DNA of 49,798 bases. Origin: Candidatus Bathyarchaeota archaeon. GTDB taxonomy: Archaea; Thermoproteota; Bathyarchaeia; Bathyarchaeales; Bathycorpusculaceae. Within the stretch, counting starts at the first letter, position 1. Every line of letters begins with the position of its first letter. The notes beneath the pieces were generated by a model that had not been told where the DNA came from, made no database searches, and saw nothing but the letters and a program-made list of their open reading frames with translations. Both the position numbers and the translations under genes were made by a program. Shown here piece by piece: positions 1-8,952 of the stretch. The DNA lies in assembly GCA_963827165.1 (NCBI GenBank), contig CAWGZR010000008.1, positions 1 through 49,798 of the forward strand, given 5' to 3'.

Positions 1-57
1 CTCTTCCCTCTTCGTTTTCCTTCTCTCTAACGAGACTTTCCTTGTGGCGACAAAGAA

Positions 58-282
58 TTACGGTGATAATGTGCTTCTTACTCCTTTGATTTTCATAACT
101 TGCTTCTGGAGAACATCTCGAAACTCCTCTAGAGTTGGGGCTGAGATAAGCGAAACTATGTCAAATTCTCCCGCTACCTCGTATACTTCTTGGGTGTTTT
201 GAAGCTTTGAAAGCTCGCTTATCACATTGTTTTTCTGAGATTGATCAATGAAAATATTTACCGAAGCTAAGAATTGGCTCAA
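58..282 (-). CDS. Stand-alone Lrp/AsnC ligand-binding (RAM) domain protein; probable frameshift near 70, so the true 3' end may run off the window
   Basis: VYEVAGEFDIVSLI...KIKGVRST pattern of AsnC C-terminal domains; an alternate frame after 'RST' continues IITVIL as expected for the last strand. Confidence 0.8.
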   Translation of the reverse strand: MSQFLASVNIFIDQSQKNNVISELSKLQNTQEVYEVAGEFDIVSLISAPTLEEFRDVLQKQVMKIKGVRSTLSP

Positions 283-339
283 TTTAATGCACGCCCTCTC
301 ATTAAAGAGTGAGGATGTTTGCCGATAATATAAACGTGA

Positions 340-356
340 TTATGAATTGTTCATAA
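340..356. promoter_or_regulatory. 7-3-7 palindrome TTATGAA-TTG-TTCATAA next to the TATA box of the Lrp/AsnC gene
   Basis: Perfect inverted arms; TTTATAT on the minus strand at 334-328. Confidence 0.4.
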
Positions 357-701
357 CCCATCGATTTTACTCAACAATTGTTTAATAAGAATCTAATTAA
401 TTGGAATAACAAATGAGAAAGTGTTGATTCAGAAGATAAATGTCTAAAAATGGGCAAAATGAAATATTTCAAAGAAGCTTTTCGCGCTGACATTGACACA
501 CTTTGTTAAGTATCCACCAAGCCCAAAAATAACCAAACAAACTATTATTGTCGGGATTTTCAAGTTTGCATTTCTTTAGCCTTGGAAATAGATCCCGCGC
601 ATTTTCTTTTTCAATTGCAGCAAGGTCTTTTGTATTAAAAACCCTGCGTATTCCTCCATGCCTTCAATCGTTAATGGAACGACATCTTAGAGGCAAATTG
701 G

Positions 702-1923
702 TTAGGCGCGTTTTTTGGTGCTAACTATGCTTATGACTTCCCGGTCTTTGAGGATGGCTTCTTCGCCTATTCGTCTTTTGTCTCTGGCGTCGATTGCGTA
801 TAGAAAGTTTTCTCCCAGTTCGGTGTGAATTACATAAGCGAATTGACGTGCAGTGGTTCCATTCGGCACAAGATAGGTGTCGGGCAGGACTCTTCCGTTG
901 TGGTCAGAGAGGTGCTCAATATCTTCCACGGGGTAAACAGTTATCATGTTAAGTAGTTTGAAGTACGCTACGTTCATAGCTTCTTGAACCCCTGTTGAAC
1001 CGTTTTTCTTCAACACCTTTTCACGAATGGCTTCCAAGGCGTTAATTTGTCCTTGCGTGAGTTTTTCTGGTAGCTTGATGTTGAAGTCGCTGTCGCGGGC
1101 TTGTAATAGATTAGTCCTTTTTCGGCGGCGCGTCGCAGTGCGAGTTCAGCTTCTGCGGAGCAGGGGATAACCATGTAATCAAGCTTTTTTAGCTTCTCTA
1201 CATTTGAAGCGGCCGTTGGTAGATCAATCTTGTTGGCTACAATCAACATCGGCTTTGATATTTTTCTCAAATTGTCAACAAACCGATAGAAGTCCTCATC
1301 GCTCCATGTAGCAGGTTTGTCAATGTTTAGGTTTGCTTTTCTGATGGCTTCAGCGACGCTGAGGCGTTTTATCCCCAAACCATTTAGACGGTCTTCAAGC
1401 GGTATAGCAATTCCTTTCTTATCTGCTTCTGCTTGGCGTGCAATTTTTGGCCAATCTTTCTTAAGTATTGTTACCATCCACATTGTTATTTCCCGTTCAA
1501 GAAACTTGACATCTTCTAAGGGGTCATGTTCGCCTGGTTTGCAAGTTTTTCCTTCGCAGTCTGTGCCGCCTGAAGCGTCAACGACATGGATTAGCGCGTC
1601 TGCTCTGCGTATCTCGTCGAGAAACTGGTTGCCTAAGCCTTTTCCTTCCCAAGCACCAGGCACAAGGCCAGCAATGTCGATAAGTTCTACGGGAACCATC
1701 CTTTCGCCATCGAGGCAGAGCGAGTTCCTCGGGTTATCTTTAACTTTGAATTCTTCATGGACGCATTTGGTGCGAACATAGCCAACTCCCCTGTTCGGTT
1801 TGATAGTGGTGAATGGATAATTCGCAATTTCAGCCGCCGCCAAAGTTGACGCGCTGAAAAACGTGGATTTCCCGTATTGGGTTTTCCCACTACTCCAAGT
1901 AACCGTGAATATGACCGCTGCAT
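702..1923 (-). CDS. ychF: Redox-regulated ATPase YchF/OLA1 (Obg family, C-terminal TGS domain), split by two single-base frameshifts (~1870, ~1097)
   Basis: Joined frames give GVVGKPNTGKSTFF, ANYPFTTI, DIAGLVPGA, NKID and TARQFAYVIHTELGENF; joins ORFs 1687..1923, 1010..1954 and 702..1037. Confidence 0.92.
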
Positions 1924-2077
1924 CCGTAATCCCTCTTACGTAGTGTTGCATCAATGCGCTATAATACTTGCGCTTAAAAATAATCTGGTTTTGTCATGAC
2001 GTGATCCTTGCGTGCGCTCAATTGTGTTGAACATGTTTTTAAGTTTAAAAAGTAAAGATTCTTTGACGGTGGCACAT

Positions 2078-2746
2078 TTGAAGAAGATTATCGAAGGAAT
2101 CTATCAAGTAGAAGGGGTCAACTGCAACGTTTATCTTGTTGAAGACGGGGATACGCTGATTTTGATTGACACAGGTTTGCCGAGAAGCGACAAGAAAATC
2201 ATAAAGGCTATCGAAGAGTTAGGACGAAAACCAAACGATGTGTCAACTATCGTAATTACACACTTTCACATCGACCATGTTGGCAGCCTTAAAAAAATGA
2301 AGGTTCTCACCGGCGCTAAAGTGGCAGTTCATAAAGCCGATGCAGACTATGTCTCAGGAAAGCAGTCGCCGCCTAAGCCTAAGAACCTAATGCTTAAAGC
2401 ATTAACCTCTGTTTTAAAGGCAACTCCAGTTGACACTGAGGTGGTTCTCGAAGAAGGCGACAAAGTCGGAAGATTAGTCGTTATTCACACTCCCGGGCAT
2501 TCGGAAGGAAGCATTTCATTGTTGGATGGCGAGCGGAAAGTTATGTTTGTCGGCGACGCCGTCAGATTTATGGACGGTGAGCTTGAGGGTGCGCCGCCCA
2601 GGTTTACGCTCGACGCGGCAAAGGCAAAAGAGTCAATTGGAAAAATAGCTACTTTTGAGTTTGACATTATGCTTAGCGGACATGGGCAACCCTTAATGGA
2701 GAAGGCTTCGCAAAAAATAAGAGAGTTTAGCGCTGCTTCTAAGTAG
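2078..2746 (+). CDS. MBL-fold metallo-hydrolase
   Basis: LIDTG, THFHIDHVG, HTPGHSEG, VGDA, SGHG motifs; start placed at TTG 2078 downstream of TTTAAAA (ORF track starts at 2012). Confidence 0.9.
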   Translation: MKKIIEGIYQVEGVNCNVYLVEDGDTLILIDTGLPRSDKKIIKAIEELGRKPNDVSTIVITHFHIDHVGSLKKMKVLTGAKVAVHKADADYVSGKQSPPKPKNLMLKALTSVLKATPVDTEVVLEEGDKVGRLVVIHTPGHSEGSISLLDGERKVMFVGDAVRFMDGELEGAPPRFTLDAAKAKESIGKIATFEFDIMLSGHGQPLMEKASQKIREFSAASK

Positions 2747-4433
2747 CTTTTGTATTTTGGTTTTCTTTCTGCGGTGCTCCTTTAACGATAGGGGTTGTTT
2801 CGCCTCTGAGCGCTGAGCATATTGCGGCTGCAAAGCACAATAATGCGCCGATTATGAATGCTGTTGTTAGGGCTGACATCAGAGGTGAAGCTATGGCGTT
2901 TGGGAAGAAGCTTTGACCTGTGAGAGTATTCAATGTGTTTGTTGGTACAGATGAAGCCATTGTTCCCATGCTTTGAAGCAGTGTCCCTATTGGGTTGTAG
3001 CCTAGGAAAGCGGCGAATAGTGCGCCTGATGCGGGAACATGGCCGAATGCGGATGCGACTTGCGCTGAGACTCCTGCGCCTGACACTGCTGCGACAAGCG
3101 CTTTGGGGAAAGATGCGTTCAGTGAGATTATGACTATGCCAAAGAATATTGCTTGGCTTATTGTTTGTCCGCAGTTCTGAAGAGTGGAGCGCATTCCTGA
3201 TGCAGCGCCTCTGGATTCTGCTGGACAAGAGTTCATCACTGAAGCCATGTTAGGCGACATGAAAATTCCGTTTCCGATGCCCATCACCAGTAAAATTAGG
3301 GCAAACGGCATGTAAGTGAAGTTTGCCGGCAACATGGTGAAAGCTAGGAATGCGCAGCCTGTTATTATCATCCCTGTTGTCGCCAGCACCCTTGCCCCGT
3401 GCTTATCTGATAACCAGCCGCTTATTGGACCAGTAAGGGCTACTCCTATTGACAATGGAATCATGAAGATTCCCGCCCAAAACGGAGCCGAATCATAGCT
3501 GTAACCGTGCAACGGCAGCCAGACCCCCTGAAGAAGAATAACAATCATAATCATAACTCCTCCTCTTGACAATGCACTAAGGAATGTCGCGACGTTTGCC
3601 GATGCGAACTGACGGTTTTTGAAGAGGCTGATGTTAAACATCGGATCTTTAACACGCGATTCGATAAATGGAAAAGCAATCAAGAGCGCTGCTCCTGATG
3701 CAAACGATGCTATGACCCAGGGGCTACCCCAACCCATTGGAGAGCTCCCATAAGGCGTTAAACCGTAGGTCATGCCAAGAAGAATCAAAGTTAAGCCAGC
3801 GCCGAAAGTGATGTTACCCCAAATATCCATCTTTTGCTTTCTGCGTACAACATTTTGCTCTTTAAGCTTCCAATATGACCATATTGTGCCCACAACGCCA
3901 ACGGGAACGCTGACTAAGAAAACCAGGCGCCAGTCAAAAACAGCTAAGACTCCGCCTAAAACCAAGCCTATGAGCGAGCCAGCTAAGAAGGAAATCTGGT
4001 TTATTCCTAGCGCTTTACCACGTTCGTTCTGGGGGAAAGCATCAGTTATGATTGCGCCGCTGTTTGAGAAGATAAATGCGGCTCCGACTCCTTGAACCAA
4101 ACGGAAGATTATTAGCTCCATTGCTCCTGCGTCGCCTTTGTTCGGTGTTAAGGACAGCAGTATCGAGCCTACGGTGAAAATTGCGAAGCCCATGTTGTAG
4201 AGCCTTACTCTGCCGAACATGTCAGATAATCTGCCAAAAGTCACGAGTAAAGTGGCGGTTATGATGCTGTAGCCGAACATCAACCACAGAAGGTATTGGA
4301 AAGATGTGAAGGGGTTGATGTTTATCCCTCGGAAAATTGCAGGCATCGCGATAAGCACGATTGTGGCGTCAATAGACGCCATTAGCATGCCAAGAGTCGT
4401 ATTCGACAGAGCTACCCATTTATACTCTACCAT
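2739..4433 (-). CDS. MFS transporter, DHA2/EmrB-QacA-like (14 TM)
   Basis: IDATIV, motif A GRLSDMFGRVR, FRLVQGVG, WRLVFLVSVPVG; many hydrophobic helices. Confidence 0.9.
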   Translation of the reverse strand: MVEYKWVALSNTTLGMLMASIDATIVLIAMPAIFRGININPFTSFQYLLWLMFGYSIITATLLVTFGRLSDMFGRVRLYNMGFAIFTVGSILLSLTPNKGDAGAMELIIFRLVQGVGAAFIFSNSGAIITDAFPQNERGKALGINQISFLAGSLIGLVLGGVLAVFDWRLVFLVSVPVGVVGTIWSYWKLKEQNVVRRKQKMDIWGNITFGAGLTLILLGMTYGLTPYGSSPMGWGSPWVIASFASGAALLIAFPFIESRVKDPMFNISLFKNRQFASANVATFLSALSRGGVMIMIVILLQGVWLPLHGYSYDSAPFWAGIFMIPLSIGVALTGPISGWLSDKHGARVLATTGMIITGCAFLAFTMLPANFTYMPFALILLVMGIGNGIFMSPNMASVMNSCPAESRGAASGMRSTLQNCGQTISQAIFFGIVIISLNASFPKALVAAVSGAGVSAQVASAFGHVPASGALFAAFLGYNPIGTLLQSMGTMASSVPTNTLNTLTGQSFFPNAIASPLMSALTTAFIIGALLCFAAAICSALRGETTPIVKGAPQKENQNTKAT

Positions 4434-4650
4434 AAGTCGGTCAGGCTGACATTTTTCCTTCGGCTAAGGACCTAAGGTTATAAAAAGTTTGCTTGAAAGT
4501 TTGCGGCTTTTCTCAACATTTGACGAGGCATTTTACAAAAACGATTGCGCAACAACGAAACAAACTTAAAATGAATGAAGTCGAGTCAAAAACCTATTTC
4601 TAAATGATTAAAACCTCACGCTTCCGAAGCGAACAAGAAAAACGGCGTAG

Positions 4651-4884
4651 CTATTGCTCGATTATTATTAGGGTAACCGTGGATCTTACCTGGTCGATGG
4701 TTCGGATTTTATGTGAAACTGTTTCTTTCATTTCTTCCATGGTCGCAGACTTCAACCTGATAATAAGATCGTAAACGCCGTATGAAACGTAGGCTTCAAT
4801 TACAATAGCTAGATTTTTAAGCCGTTCCAGCACTTTGCCCTCTGCGCCGGGTTCAACATTGAGCAAAATATAGGCTTGCACCAT
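4651..4884 (-). CDS. Stand-alone Lrp/AsnC ligand-binding domain protein
   Basis: AYILLNVEPG...YGVYDLII...IRTIDQVRSTVTLII. Confidence 0.88.
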   Translation of the reverse strand: MVQAYILLNVEPGAEGKVLERLKNLAIVIEAYVSYGVYDLIIRLKSATMEEMKETVSHKIRTIDQVRSTVTLIIIEQ

Positions 4885-5015
4885 TAACTACCCCAAATAT
4901 ATAGTAAAGAACCAAAATAATTAAACGTTTTTAGTTTTTTAAAGGCCGCCTCTTCGTAAACACGCCACGCGAGCTGATAAAAGCATAGACGAGGAAAAGT
5001 CTTCCCACCCAAAAA

Positions 5016-5807
5016 CTAAACTGGGTTGTCTGCGGGATTTTTGGGTTTCAAGAGCTCTTGCAATGTTTTGTGGCATTTGCTGCATGCAAACATTGCGTTC
5101 CCGCATGAAGGACAATACAACTCATGCTTTTGCAGGCGACTCAGAAGAGTCAACAACTCAGCGACGTTTTGGGTGTCACGGGGGCTCTGCTGTTTCTCAA
5201 CGGGCTCAGCAGCTTCTTTTCCAAGTAGCGCATTTTCGCTGGATTTTATTTCGCTATAAACTTTTGCTATGCTCGCTTTTCCCTCACGTAGCTTCTGCTT
5301 TTCGTCTTCACTGGCTTTCTCAAGTATCGTTTTTCCCCGCTCAAAAGTTCGGGTTGAAACACCAGCCTTCCTTGCCACCACTTCAGTTGCCTTAGACTTA
5401 AGCTCTGGCTCAGCGGCATCTGACGCTAACCCCAACTGCAAGTCTCGGCCATCCCTGCCGCCCTTAACCTGCCGCTTCTTTGCAAGCGCTTTTTCAATCT
5501 CCAGCAAGGGCACAGCCAACTCTACGAGCTGGAAATTGTTGAGGTGACGACGCCTAAGGTTTGCCTCTATAACGAATTTTTTCTCAAGCAGCTTATCCTC
5601 AAACCTGCGGACCTCAAAATCTGGTTCTATGCCCAGTTCAGTACAGGCTTGGAACCTGTGATGCCCATCTAAAACTTCAAGATCTTCGTTTACAATGATT
5701 GGGTAATGCTGACCTTCCGATTCTATGGAAGCTTTCAGCTCGGCGAATTCTTCCTCAGACATCTTAGGCAACAGTTTGCTATACTCAGGGTTCAAATGCA
5801 AGCTCAT
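5016..5807 (-). CDS. ParB/Srx N-terminal domain protein with HTH and C-terminal CxxC-x6-CxxC
   Basis: LKASIESEGQHYPIIV, LDGHHRFQAC, NLRRRHL, VARKAGVSTRTFER (HTH), CPSC...CSKC. Confidence 0.8.
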   Translation of the reverse strand: MSLHLNPEYSKLLPKMSEEEFAELKASIESEGQHYPIIVNEDLEVLDGHHRFQACTELGIEPDFEVRRFEDKLLEKKFVIEANLRRRHLNNFQLVELAVPLLEIEKALAKKRQVKGGRDGRDLQLGLASDAAEPELKSKATEVVARKAGVSTRTFERGKTILEKASEDEKQKLREGKASIAKVYSEIKSSENALLGKEAAEPVEKQQSPRDTQNVAELLTLLSRLQKHELYCPSCGNAMFACSKCHKTLQELLKPKNPADNPV

Positions 5808-6004
5808 GGTCTCGCTGCCTATGAGTCTTTATCTTTTGTTCGCCTTATTATTTAAGGTGAAGGGTTCATTAGCCAGAAACCAAAATCGCTCTTTCGTTAG
5901 CTCACCCAAGTTCAAGACAGTTTGAGTCGGCTTAAACCTGTCAACTTAGATGTGGGGTATACCCATAATCGTCACGCCCTGCTATAGTCATAAGACCCAC
6001 AAAA

Positions 6005-6238
6005 TCACGGTTCATAGATAACTAAGTATTTTCCTTCATTGTCCTCTTCAATGATTAATCCATGTTCCTTTGTGAATTCTTCTATTCGGCTTCTGTTATA
6101 ATCGCATTTAATTTGAATCTGGCAATGTTTGTCTATGCTGTTTATTATATTTACATAATCTGGGTTAACTAAGTCATTGGCAACTAATTCTTTTAAGAGC
6201 GTCATCGCTTGCTGTCTATTCAAGTGTACGTTCCCCAA
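6005..6238 (-). CDS. Small hypothetical protein, paralogue of 6426..6680
   Basis: 77-aa ORF with TATA-like TATATA near 6260; shares NRxQA, QIxI/V, HxL and IY-x-P motifs with the divergent neighbour. Confidence 0.7.
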   Translation of the reverse strand: MGNVHLNRQQAMTLLKELVANDLVNPDYVNIINSIDKHCQIQIKCDYNRSRIEEFTKEHGLIIEEDNEGKYLVIYEP

Positions 6239-6425
6239 ATGTCTTAGTTGTTTCTTGATATATAATACTTCGCAAAAAACGTCTTACGTTACCGCCGTTA
6301 TTTCGCTGAAAACGCTTTTGTACCGTTTAGCCACCTTACGACTCACGAAAACAGTGAGACGGTGTTTGTTGTATCTTTTAGTTGCCTACAAACAGTTTTA
6401 AGGACGTTAAAGTACCGAACTTGTT

Positions 6426-6680
6426 ATGAATAGAGAACAAGCCGTCAATATCATAAAACAAATTTTTGAACAATGCCGATTCATCGAAGGCAAATCCCTA
6501 AAACTTTTGCCCCCTAAAGGAAACGATGCTCTTTCAAATACATATCAAATACATGTTCAGGTAAACTCTGACGCATTATTAGCCGATTGTATTGAAGGTA
6601 TAGCAGGGAAACATAATTTGGCGGTAACAAGGAAAAACGGCTACTGTATTGTGTATAAACCCTACCCAAACCTAAGTTAA
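6426..6680 (+). CDS. Small hypothetical protein, paralogue of 6005..6238
   Basis: 84-aa ATG ORF, TTTTAA about 28 nt upstream; MNREQA...YQIHV...KHNL...YCIVYKP. Confidence 0.72.
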   Translation: MNREQAVNIIKQIFEQCRFIEGKSLKLLPPKGNDALSNTYQIHVQVNSDALLADCIEGIAGKHNLAVTRKNGYCIVYKPYPNLS

Positions 6681-6926
6681 TTTATTTCGGCATTAAATCA
6701 AAGAAGCAAGGCAAAAACAAAGAACAAATTTGTAAGGTAATCTTCTTTCAGAATAAAGTATCTTCGTCTAATTACTATCTGTCAATTGCTCAAGCATAGT
6801 GTCCCCTTGAAAAGTTCAAGATTTTCTCAAATTCAGGATCAAAACAATATGTGTCTTATGCCTACAACATACTCTTTTATTTTCTCCCTCGTTTAGCCTA
6901 TTGCGCAAGTAAAACCCGCATAGCAC

Positions 6927-7036
6927 GTTTGGCGAATCATCGGTTAACCCATAATGCGGCAAAGATCTCTCTCTCCTCGCTCTTCCCAAAATTTTTAAGC
7001 AGCCGCATTCGGTTAACAAAGGATGGTTCGCCAAAC
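6927..7036. repeat. Long imperfect inverted repeat (three stacked stems)
   Basis: GTTTGGCGAATCATC/GATGGTTCGCCAAAC, GTTAACC/GGTTAAC, AATGCGGC/GCCGCATT. Confidence 0.75.
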
Positions 7037-7116
7037 TCTACTTTTCGGCGAAATGAAAGTCCTTGCTGGAGGCTTTTCATGAAGGGTTTGAAAACTACAT
7101 TTTAAGCAGCCAGATG

Positions 7117-7335
7117 CTATCTTAGAAGTTTTTGAAATTCCGCTTTTGTTATACCGGCCTCTTCTATTATCGCCATAAGCAATCCTTTCTTTATTTGCTC
7201 ATGTTTTGGAACCGGAACAATACGCTCGTCTTTTACAAGAATCAAATGGCTACCTTTTTGCCTAGCTACTTGAAAACCTGCCTTAGTTAGAGCTTTAACA
7301 ACTTCACGCCATGAGAGCAGAGGGAGCTTCGACAA
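7117..7335 (-). CDS. hicA: HicA family toxin (mRNA interferase)
   Basis: LSWREVVKALTKAGF, RQKGSH (catalytic His), VPVPKH, GLLMAII. Confidence 0.92.
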   Translation of the reverse strand: MSKLPLLSWREVVKALTKAGFQVARQKGSHLILVKDERIVPVPKHEQIKKGLLMAIIEEAGITKAEFQKLLR

Positions 7336-7537
7336 TTACTTCAGCCTTTTCACCTTTAGTTCTATTTCCCAGAAGTTCTGCTTTGGCCTCCAGATAACCT
7401 TCGATGGCCTCTTTGATGTTGGCTAAAGCTTCTTTTTTCGTTTCTCCTTGACTTGCAACTGGAAGCTCCAAACATTTAACCACAAAGCCGCCTTCCTCAG
7501 CTTGTTCAAGCAAAACGGTAAATTTACGAGCAACCAT
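7304..7537 (-). CDS. hicB: Short HicB family antitoxin (no DNA-binding domain)
   Basis: EEGGFVVKCLELPVASQGETKKEALANIKEAIEGYLE; overlaps hicA. Confidence 0.9.
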   Translation of the reverse strand: MVARKFTVLLEQAEEGGFVVKCLELPVASQGETKKEALANIKEAIEGYLEAKAELLGNRTKGEKAEVIVEAPSALMA

Positions 7538-7836
7538 ACATGATCTCACTTATGCTTTATTTCGTTCTTGCATATATACAAGTTACTATGTATTGACAGA
7601 GCGCCTGCCCAATATAGCAACTTTGACTAGGCGTGAACAGAACGCAAGCTTAAATGTTCAACCACAATCGTCAAGTGCAAAAGTCGCAATCCACCCAACT
7701 AAAAGGCTACCCAAAACACAAACAGAAAAATCGGCTGAGGGTGAAATATCACCTCACGACTTATGTCTGACACTTGCGTGTTGGGTGATAAGCCTTTAGT
7801 AATAGTTTGTTCATTGACGTAACATAGGGTGGGTTC

Positions 7837-8049
7837 ATGAAATTCGGTGTTGTTGTTGAGAAAGATGAAGACGGATACTACGTTGCTTCAGTTCCGGAGT
7901 TGCCGGGTTGCCATACCCAAGCTAAAACCCTCGATGAGGTTATGAAAAGAATCAAGGAGGCCATTGAGGCATGTTTGAATGTCGAGGGATTAAAAAGTCA
8001 GGGACGCACCGAGCTTGTCGGGGTTCAATTCGTCGAGGTCCAATCCTAA
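7837..8049 (+). CDS. hicB: Short HicB family antitoxin (second copy)
   Basis: DEDGYYVASVPELPGCHTQAKTLDEVMKRIKEAI. Confidence 0.92.
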   Translation: MKFGVVVEKDEDGYYVASVPELPGCHTQAKTLDEVMKRIKEAIEACLNVEGLKSQGRTELVGVQFVEVQS

Positions 8050-8271
8050 ATGAGTTTAAAGCCTTTACCGCCTCAAAAAGTGATTAAAGCTCTATCGAAA
8101 TTGGGTTTTAAAATTGTACGAAACATGGCAGTCACGTCGTTCTCAAGCATCCAGATGGCAGGTTAACTGTTGTTCCCGTTCATCCTAGGGAAAATATAGG
8201 AATAGGGCGGCTGAATAAAATAATCAAAGATACTGGAATTATCAAAAGAGGAATTTTTATCGGCACTTTAG
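8050..8271 (+). pseudogene. hicA: HicA family toxin, frameshifted (~8122 and probably ~8238); absent from the ORF track
   Basis: ATG directly after the hicB stop: MSLKPLPPQKVIKALSKLGFKIVR, then shifted frame HGSHVVLKHPDGRLTVVPVH...IIKDTG, then LSKEEFLSAL* back in the original frame. Confidence 0.85.
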
Positions 8272-8430
8272 GAGCACCAGACCGCCTAAGCTGAGGGGAA
8301 GCAAATTGTGTCCTATTCTTGGGAAAATAATTTTCTCAAGAATTTTGACTGGGGTTTCATTAGGCTATGGGTCTTGTTTTGGATCTGTGGGTTGTCTAAT
8401 ATTGTCTTAGGCGCATAAAAGTTTCTGATG

Positions 8431-8470
8431 GTGTATGATAGTGTATGGATGTGTATAATAGTGTATAATT
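8431..8470. repeat. Four tandem 10-bp units with a GTGTAT core
   Basis: GTGTATGATA GTGTATGGAT GTGTATAATA GTGTATAATT. Confidence 0.8.
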
Positions 8471-8613
8471 TTATCTTTTTTGGACTCAACCTGCATTAAG
8501 TCCAAGCCCGGAATCAAGAAAGCAAGTCAAAACACAAACAACAAAAATTTTTCCACCCAAAAACGCGGATCCAACCGCTCACAAATCTGCTCATTGTGCA
8601 ATCTTTTTCGACT

Positions 8614-8686
8614 TTTTGGTATGTTTTGAGATGTTTTGGGATGATTGTTGCAACCAAATCAATTCCCAAACCAGAAAACCAACCCA
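8614..8686 (+). repeat. 73-bp dispersed repeat, copy 1
   Basis: 57/73 identical without gaps (hand count) to 13467..13539; internal TTTGGG/CCCAAA stem. Confidence 0.8.
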
Positions 8687-8952
8687 TTTCACAAACAAAA
8701 AAAAATTCTCGAAGCAGCAGCTTTCACCAAACCAAAAGTCTCACCTAAGAACTTCAAAGAAAGTCTCATTTTGAAGAAACCACTGTAGAAAAGCAAAGAG
8801 CTGCGTGAATCGGTGAACCATAAGTATTATTAGATTGATTGTACCTAAATTGTATCAAATTAACAAGAAATTAAAATCTCATTATAGCGAGAATACGCTC
8901 GCTTTATGTGATTAACAAATAATCAATAGTAAATCATTAGGAGTGCATATTT

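Noticed and set aside
6696-6732. Resemblance to 8512..8550 (AATCAA..AAGCAAG.CAAAA...)
   Set aside because: Low-complexity A/C-rich sequence; chance similarity likely
6816-7105. ORFs 6816..7034 (-) and 6851..7105 (+)
   Set aside because: No motifs; the region is better explained by the long inverted repeat
7593-7799. 68-aa ORF between the two hicB genes
   Set aside because: Lies in the divergent promoter region, TTG start, no recognisable features
8431-8470. CRISPR interpretation of the short repeats (also 13005/13335)
   Set aside because: No 25-40 bp repeats with regular unique spacers and no cas genes
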